From assembly GCA_038046685.1 (NCBI GenBank), contig JBBSVT010000074.1:389-64388 (forward strand): a stretch of DNA of 64,000 nucleotides. The letters run 5' to 3'. Shown here piece by piece: positions 58,162 to 64,000 of the stretch; the stretch's first letter is position 1, and each line of letters opens with the position of its first letter. The notes beneath the pieces were generated by a model. It searched no databases. It saw only the letters and a list, made by a program, of their open reading frames with translations, and was not told where the DNA came from. This DNA is from Nanobdellota archaeon. GTDB taxonomy: Archaea; Nanobdellota; Nanobdellia; Woesearchaeales; GW2011-AR4. A program made the translations under genes and the position numbers.

Positions 58162-58454
58162 AAAAACTTGAAAGGTTTAAAGGTCAAATACAAAACAATA
58201 TTGATGTAGATAAAATTATATTCTTCGGTTCTAGAGTTCATGGAAAACCGTATAAGGATAGCGATATAGATTTAATAATAGTCTCAAAAGATTTTAGAGA
58301 AAAAAAATTCAGATATAGGCCAATAGGATTTTATGATTATTGGGACTTAGATTACCCAGTTGACTTCCTTTGCTACACTCCAGAGGAATTCAACAAATTC
58401 AAAAAACAAGTAACAATAGTCAAGGAAGCAGTAGAGAATGGAATTGAGATTTAG
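58137..58454 (+). CDS. Minimal nucleotidyltransferase (MNT) antitoxin
   Basis: FFGSRVHG...DSDIDLIIVS...PVDFLCYTPEEF. Confidence 0.9.
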   Translation: MDRKKTIIKKLERFKGQIQNNIDVDKIIFFGSRVHGKPYKDSDIDLIIVSKDFREKKFRYRPIGFYDYWDLDYPVDFLCYTPEEFNKFKKQVTIVKEAVENGIEI

Positions 58455-58505
58455 TGTCTAAAAATTCACATAAAACAAAAAACTTTAATTTTCAACAATT
58501 TTTGA

Positions 58506-59252
58506 ATGAATAATCCAAAGACAATAAAAAAACAAAAAATGAAACACCATAAGCCGTATTTGACAAGAATCCTGATTTTGCCTGCACTAATTTTATTGCT
58601 CTCAGCGCTTTTGGTAAATGCCCAAGTATCAGCCAAAATCTACGCTATTACGCTTAATTACAAAAGTTCAGTGCTATTGGAAAGACTATCTTTGGTAGAC
58701 ATTCGCGAAGCTCAGGGAACTCCGCAGGATTTTAGCGCGATAACAAAAGGCTACAGATTGGACATCCTTTCAGCCGATAACAAATTATTAAAGAGCATAA
58801 GGTTTAATATACCTATTCCGGAATTACAGGAAGGTGACCTAAATTTGGACTTTACAATGGGTTTGCCTTATCACAACAATGCTAAACAAATAAACATTTA
58901 TGATGCGGGCAATAACAAAGTACTGGAAATTCCATTGCAGTCTTCAAGTCCAACAAGCGCAAAGCCGCTGCAGGAATTATCCCAAATTGATAAGAAACAA
59001 AACATAGTATGGCTTGTTGTTGCTTTGCCGCTGTTTGCTGTGATTTTATTTTTGGCCTACATCGAGCTGAATCGCAAAAAAAGCCATGCAGAGCTAATGC
59101 AGCATCTGAGCAAGCAAAATGCGCTTGCACTGAGAAATTATATTATGGCAAATTCAAGAAAAGGTTATGGCAAGGATCAATTAAGAAATGTTCTGCTTAA
59201 AAACAATTATACTAAAGACGAAATTAACGAGGCTTTTAAGGGGCTGAAGTGA
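58506..59252 (+). CDS. Single-pass membrane protein with signal peptide and small C-terminal helical domain
   Basis: Signal peptide, beta-rich ectodomain, TM, then LRNYI..KGY..DQLRNVLLKNNY..EINEAF; start may be ATG 58539. Confidence 0.72.
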   Translation: MNNPKTIKKQKMKHHKPYLTRILILPALILLLSALLVNAQVSAKIYAITLNYKSSVLLERLSLVDIREAQGTPQDFSAITKGYRLDILSADNKLLKSIRFNIPIPELQEGDLNLDFTMGLPYHNNAKQINIYDAGNNKVLEIPLQSSSPTSAKPLQELSQIDKKQNIVWLVVALPLFAVILFLAYIELNRKKSHAELMQHLSKQNALALRNYIMANSRKGYGKDQLRNVLLKNNYTKDEINEAFKGLK

Positions 59253-59334
59253 AGCTTAAAAATTTGCAATTTAGCAACGAAATACTCCATTAGGGATTAA
59301 ACAGCGGAGCATAATTGATTTTTCCTCCTATTCC

Positions 59335-60972
59335 CTATTTCATTTCGTTGTTCAACAGCATATCTACGGCAATAGCATATGCCGATGCGAAATAGCCAAA
59401 ATTTGAATAGTTGTCAGAAAAAAATAATAAAGTTTTTTCAGCAACTTTTTTATATTCCTCTTCTTTAAGCAAAAAATACAGCTTTAAAAATACAATTGCA
59501 CAGAATGTATTTTCCAAGAAGCTTTTTTCTTGATGTTTTAGCTTGCCTAAGTCATCTTTGTCTAGTACCTTGTCAAAAAAACCATACTTTTTGCTATCAT
59601 AAAAACTTTTTAAAATAAATCCTGAAATTTTTTTTGATGCCTCCAGATACCCTTGTTCATGGGTAATAGAATATGCGTCAATCAAGCAGTTTAAAAAATA
59701 AATATTGTCGCTTAACAATCCCTTAACATTTGGTTTTCCATCAAAAAAATGACACAAGCCGTATTTCGGGTCATAGCAATTTTTTAGAATAAAATTAATT
59801 GTTTTAACCGCAAAATTAATCATTTCTTTGTCGTTGAGTATTATTCCAGATTTTAAATAGGAAGAAGTCATCATTGCGTTCAAATCAGTATAGATTGTTT
59901 TGTCGACGTAAGGAGGCTGCATATTCTTCCTTTCCTCTGGTCTTAAGCGGTAAAATTCCTCATCAGCGTCCTGTGAGCCATAGAAACCGGCGTTGTTCTG
60001 GTCCGACAAAGATTTGCTTATGTAAATTGTTATTTCTTCTGTTACTTTCCTGTATCTTTCGTCTTTAGTTATGCTAAAGGCATCGGCATAATTTCTCAGC
60101 GCACCGGCATTGGTGTCAAGCATTTTTTCATAGTGTGGCATTTTCCAGTCTTGAGTTACAGAGTACCTAAAAAAACCAAAGTCAGTTTTATCATAAATTC
60201 CTTCATACATTCCATCCAGGGTTTTTAATGCCACCTCAAGATATTTTTTATTATGTGTTTTTTTGTATTGAAGAAAAAGTAAATCCAGAACGTCTGGAAA
60301 GGGGAATTTTGGCTGAGCCCCAAAACCGCCATAAAACCTGTCAAAATTGTCTTCTACCGCTAACAAAACTTCATTTACAATATCCGGCCTTATACCGGAT
60401 TTTGAAAATATCTTTTCTTTTTGTATTTTTGCAGGTTGCTCGATAACATTTTTGTTGATTTCACCTTTACTCTTTTTCCAGGCTTCCTTAACTTTTTCCA
60501 ACATAAGTTTGAGTCTTGCAGGCGGAACATATGTGTCGCCTGCTATTATGTCGCCTTTGGGACTAAGAAAAACTGTTGACGGAAATCCGCCCATGTTGTA
60601 CCTTTCCCTAATGTCGGGCCTTTTGTCAATGTATACCTTAATCGGTATAAAACCGTTCTTAATAATGTTTGCGATCTCATCATCCGAATATGAAATCGAG
60701 TCCATAACGTGGCACCAGTGGCACCAAATAGCAGTTAAATCCAGCAGAATAGGTTTGTCCTCTTTATTTGCCTTTTCAAATGATTCTTTGTTCCAGTCGA
60801 GCCAATTTATTTTTGTTTTCAATTTTTGAAAAAATAAGCTAAACTTACAAACCCAATAACTGGTATACAAGTCCCAACCAAAAAGTTTAATATCTTCGGA
60901 AACTTTAAAATTTAGTGTTCCAAATATAATGGATGCTATTGTTCCGGAAAGTGCAACATATAATTGATGCAA
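59335..60972 (-). CDS. Thioredoxin-domain protein YyaL/SSP411 (DUF255)
   Basis: WCHWCHVM, RPDI, GGFG..PKFP, GFFRYS, PHYEKML, SQDAD; true start probably TTG 60822. Confidence 0.9.
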   Translation of the reverse strand: MHQLYVALSGTIASIIFGTLNFKVSEDIKLFGWDLYTSYWVCKFSLFFQKLKTKINWLDWNKESFEKANKEDKPILLDLTAIWCHWCHVMDSISYSDDEIANIIKNGFIPIKVYIDKRPDIRERYNMGGFPSTVFLSPKGDIIAGDTYVPPARLKLMLEKVKEAWKKSKGEINKNVIEQPAKIQKEKIFSKSGIRPDIVNEVLLAVEDNFDRFYGGFGAQPKFPFPDVLDLLFLQYKKTHNKKYLEVALKTLDGMYEGIYDKTDFGFFRYSVTQDWKMPHYEKMLDTNAGALRNYADAFSITKDERYRKVTEEITIYISKSLSDQNNAGFYGSQDADEEFYRLRPEERKNMQPPYVDKTIYTDLNAMMTSSYLKSGIILNDKEMINFAVKTINFILKNCYDPKYGLCHFFDGKPNVKGLLSDNIYFLNCLIDAYSITHEQGYLEASKKISGFILKSFYDSKKYGFFDKVLDKDDLGKLKHQEKSFLENTFCAIVFLKLYFLLKEEEYKKVAEKTLLFFSDNYSNFGYFASAYAIAVDMLLNNEMK

Positions 60973-61024
60973 AGTCTCGCCATTATTGAATTGTTATTTT
61001 CGACATATATAAAATTATCTTAAT

Positions 61025-61693
61025 TTACCTACTTCTTGTTACACCGATTTTAGGGCAGTAACTATTTATAGCACAACGACTGCAAAATGGAGAAATAGGC
61101 AGGCATACATTCTGCCCAAAAGTCACAAAAATGTCATTAAAATCTTTCCAATATCCCTTAGGCAATATTTTCCTAAGTTCCCCTTCAGTCTGCAGTGGCG
61201 TTTTGGTGCTAATCCAGCCTAACCTATTGGGAATGCGGTGGCAGTGCGTATCTATGGCCAAATAACCCAACTTGAAAAATCCATAACACATGGTTATCGA
61301 CATGCACTTCCTTCCAATTCCCGGCAATTTCAAAAGCTCATCTTCTTTATCTGGCACTTTCCCATTATACTTTTCAACCAAAATTTTACAGGTTTTTTTT
61401 ATATATTTCGCTTTCGTTGGATAAAAGCCCACTGGAAAGATTGCCCTTTCAATTTGTTTTTTAGTTAGTTTTACCATATCATAAGGATTGTCTGCAAGCT
61501 CAAATAATCTTTTTGAGGCTGGCCCAGTTGTCGTGTCTTTAGTTCTTAAGCTTAGAATGCAGGAAATGAGCACGAGAAAAGGGTCTTTCGTTTTTTCTCC
61601 GATTTCTGTTGCAACGGGGTTTTCAAATGGTTTTATCTCTTCTTTTAAGAGCTTCATGATTTTGTCGATGTTTTTAATTGATGATTTGGGCAT
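61025..61693 (-). CDS. nth: Endonuclease III (HhH-GPD, Fe-S)
   Basis: ILSLRTKD, LPGIGRK, AIDTHCHRI, C-x6-C-x2-C-x5-C cluster. Confidence 0.95.
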   Translation of the reverse strand: MPKSSIKNIDKIMKLLKEEIKPFENPVATEIGEKTKDPFLVLISCILSLRTKDTTTGPASKRLFELADNPYDMVKLTKKQIERAIFPVGFYPTKAKYIKKTCKILVEKYNGKVPDKEDELLKLPGIGRKCMSITMCYGFFKLGYLAIDTHCHRIPNRLGWISTKTPLQTEGELRKILPKGYWKDFNDIFVTFGQNVCLPISPFCSRCAINSYCPKIGVTRSR

Positions 61694-61722
61694 TGTGAGA
61701 GCAATAATAACTTTGTAAATTA

Positions 61723-62312
<590 letters not shown>

Positions 62313-62503
62313 TTAATTGATTAATTTATAAATTTATCGTTGCAGTCGGATTTTCAAATTTTTGGACTTCTTCTTTTAACAAATTTATTATTCCCTTGAT
62401 GTTCTTGATTTTATTTTCAGCCATTTTTGGTCATTTAAGGATTCTTATTATACGCCGGTTTTTCTACCATATACTGCCTGATTACCGAATAATATTTAAA
62501 TTT

Positions 62504-63202
62504 TCACTTCAAAATCCTTCCGTTTTTTCTGCTCCACAACAGCAAATCCATTTCGTCTATGTCAATTCCCATCTGCCCTGAGAAATCTATAAACTTTTTT
62601 TCAATTTCTAAATATTCTTTATTGTTTTTCGGCTTTTCATTTGTCTTTAAAACTCCAAACTCGTGCAAAGAATTTATTATATGCTTATCCAATATTGCGT
62701 AGCCTTTAAACCCGATGTTTCTCAAAAAATGCGATGACTCTTTCATGCCCAGCCCCTTGATGTCCTTGTTCAGGGCAAAAAAGTTCCTGAGGTCATCTTT
62801 ATTTTTAAATGAGCTTATTTTATCTTTAAGCCTAAAATTCAATGTATTTTTTAGGTAAGCTCTAGTGTGGGCGATATGCGCAGGCCTTACATTGTTAAAT
62901 CTATAGACACCTTCCAGCCTTCTTGACATTTCTTCAGCAGTCCCGCTTATCAAAATATTTCTGACAGCGTCAACTGCTTTTCCGCTCATCTCAGCGCTTG
63001 TATTTGCCGTAAAAATACAAAAAGCAAGCTCTTCAAAAATTCTGTAGTCGTCTTTTGTTTCAACGGGTAGCAAAATCAAATTTCCATCTCTATAAAACCA
63101 AGAATATGCTTCGTTGAAGAATTGTTCAAATTGTCTCAGCCTTTCCCTTATTTTTTGTTTTTTGTTTGCATAGTCAATTCTAAGCAGCTCTGTTTTATCC
63201 AT
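62504..63202 (-). CDS. ogg: 8-oxoguanine DNA glycosylase/AP lyase (archaeal Ogg)
   Basis: FEELAFCIFTAN, RFNNVR, KGLGMKESSHFLRNIG, AILDKH, DLLLW. Confidence 0.93.
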   Translation of the reverse strand: MDKTELLRIDYANKKQKIRERLRQFEQFFNEAYSWFYRDGNLILLPVETKDDYRIFEELAFCIFTANTSAEMSGKAVDAVRNILISGTAEEMSRRLEGVYRFNNVRPAHIAHTRAYLKNTLNFRLKDKISSFKNKDDLRNFFALNKDIKGLGMKESSHFLRNIGFKGYAILDKHIINSLHEFGVLKTNEKPKNNKEYLEIEKKFIDFSGQMGIDIDEMDLLLWSRKNGRILK

Positions 63203-63226
63203 AGTATGTGAATTCCTTGGAGTTAT

Positions 63227-63562
63227 TTAAAGTTTATTGGAATCAGGGTTTGATATTAGGCTGTCGATGTAGCCTTCATAAACCACGTCGCGCAGAAATC
63301 TATCTGCTTCCTGCTCTTTCAAACCATACCCAAGAAGTCTTTTTTTGATGCAGTATTCATGACTGGATATTGCTGAGTAAACTATCTCTTTAAGCCTTGA
63401 GTAATCATTCTTTGATGTATCTCCTCGTTGATTCTTGCCGGATGCATATACAGCACTCAACACAGCAGCTGCCACAGCCAGTGTTGGTGATACAAGGGTT
63501 GCAGCTATTGTGCCGAAAATCAGATCGGCATTACTCCCGGACCTCGTGATAAAGTCATCCAA
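63227..63562 (-). CDS. Hypothetical single-TM protein (5' end possibly frameshifted)
   Basis: Ala-rich hydrophobic helix; the ATG behind the GAGGTGA RBS (63597) is out of frame with this ORF. Confidence 0.5.
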   Translation of the reverse strand: MDDFITRSGSNADLIFGTIAATLVSPTLAVAAAVLSAVYASGKNQRGDTSKNDYSRLKEIVYSAISSHEYCIKKRLLGYGLKEQEADRFLRDVVYEGYIDSLISNPDSNKL

Positions 63563-63671
63563 AGTCTTTTTGTTTTCATCGTATCTTGTTTTTGCATTTA
63601 ATCACCTCATTACAAATATTATTATTCATATATAAATATTTTATTGATATTAATATTCCTATCAGAATAAA

Positions 63672-64000
63672 TTAATGAATCTTTCTTATTTTTAGTCTTG
63701 GATTGAAATATGCAATTAAAACAAAAACTATCAAAAGAGACGAATAATTAATAACCATAAACCAAGGCGTTGCCCAGCTAATTCCATCAAATTTGTAGTC
63801 CAGCAGAGGCCACAAAAATGGGGTTGGAAAAAATCTGAATGAATGAGTCGGTATGTCTATCAATACATGAATGCCCCATGCAGTCAAAGGCCAGAACCAT
63901 TTTTTTGTTGCTAAATAGATCAATACAAAAGCAGTAATAAAAACTACTAAACTATGAGTCATGTTGTATGCGGCAAAAAGCCACTTTGGCAATGAGCTTA
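63672..64000 (-). CDS. Membrane-bound metal-dependent hydrolase-like protein (YdjM-like), partial
   Basis: THSL, HVLIDIPTH, FLWP motifs; 5' end beyond window. Confidence 0.7.
   Translation of the reverse strand, partial: SSLPKWLFAAYNMTHSLVVFITAFVLIYLATKKWFWPLTAWGIHVLIDIPTHSFRFFPTPFLWPLLDYKFDGISWATPWFMVINYSSLLIVFVLIAYFNPRLKIRKIH

Noticed and set aside
60823-60972. N-terminal hydrophobic extension on YyaL
   Set aside because: Family homology begins at KINWLDW; the extension is probably an over-extended ORF from an upstream TTG

Overview
AT-rich archaeal chromosome segment, most consistent with a DPANN Woesearchaeota-like lineage. The evidence is archaeal-type PEP carboxylase, XPD/Rad3, archaeal Ogg, a KKGQ class III signal peptide, GAGGTGA RBSs and TATA boxes; the taxonomy is inferred. 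Housekeeping and repair genes (XPD, nfi, pcm, pepA, DEAD-box helicase, ppcA, lgt, trxB, pfpI, nth, ogg, tRNA-Val) alternate with accessory blocks. (1) An AT-rich island at 17.8-21.9 kb: DpnI-type methyl-directed endonuclease, a DpnA/CcrM-like methyltransferase lacking a canonical start codon, a ParB-domain protein and a nuclease-like/DUF4062 protein; a candidate new defence system. (2) A copper/metal cluster around copA with several uncharacterised Cys/His-motif proteins. (3) A ~12 kb minus-strand block (34.4-46.5 kb) of ATPase-wHTH, membrane and coiled-coil proteins, with an unnamed duplicated domain, a membrane-anchored J-domain-like protein and four palindromic operators. (4) A wHTH + DUF3800-like pair followed by a ~113-nt structured RNA candidate. 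(5) A pilin-like/Cys-rich surface-protein locus interleaved with toxin-antitoxin modules. About nine TA modules occur; in four the toxin is broken while the antitoxin is intact. No CRISPR array, rRNA, transposase or integrase was seen. All family assignments are from motif recognition, not database searches.
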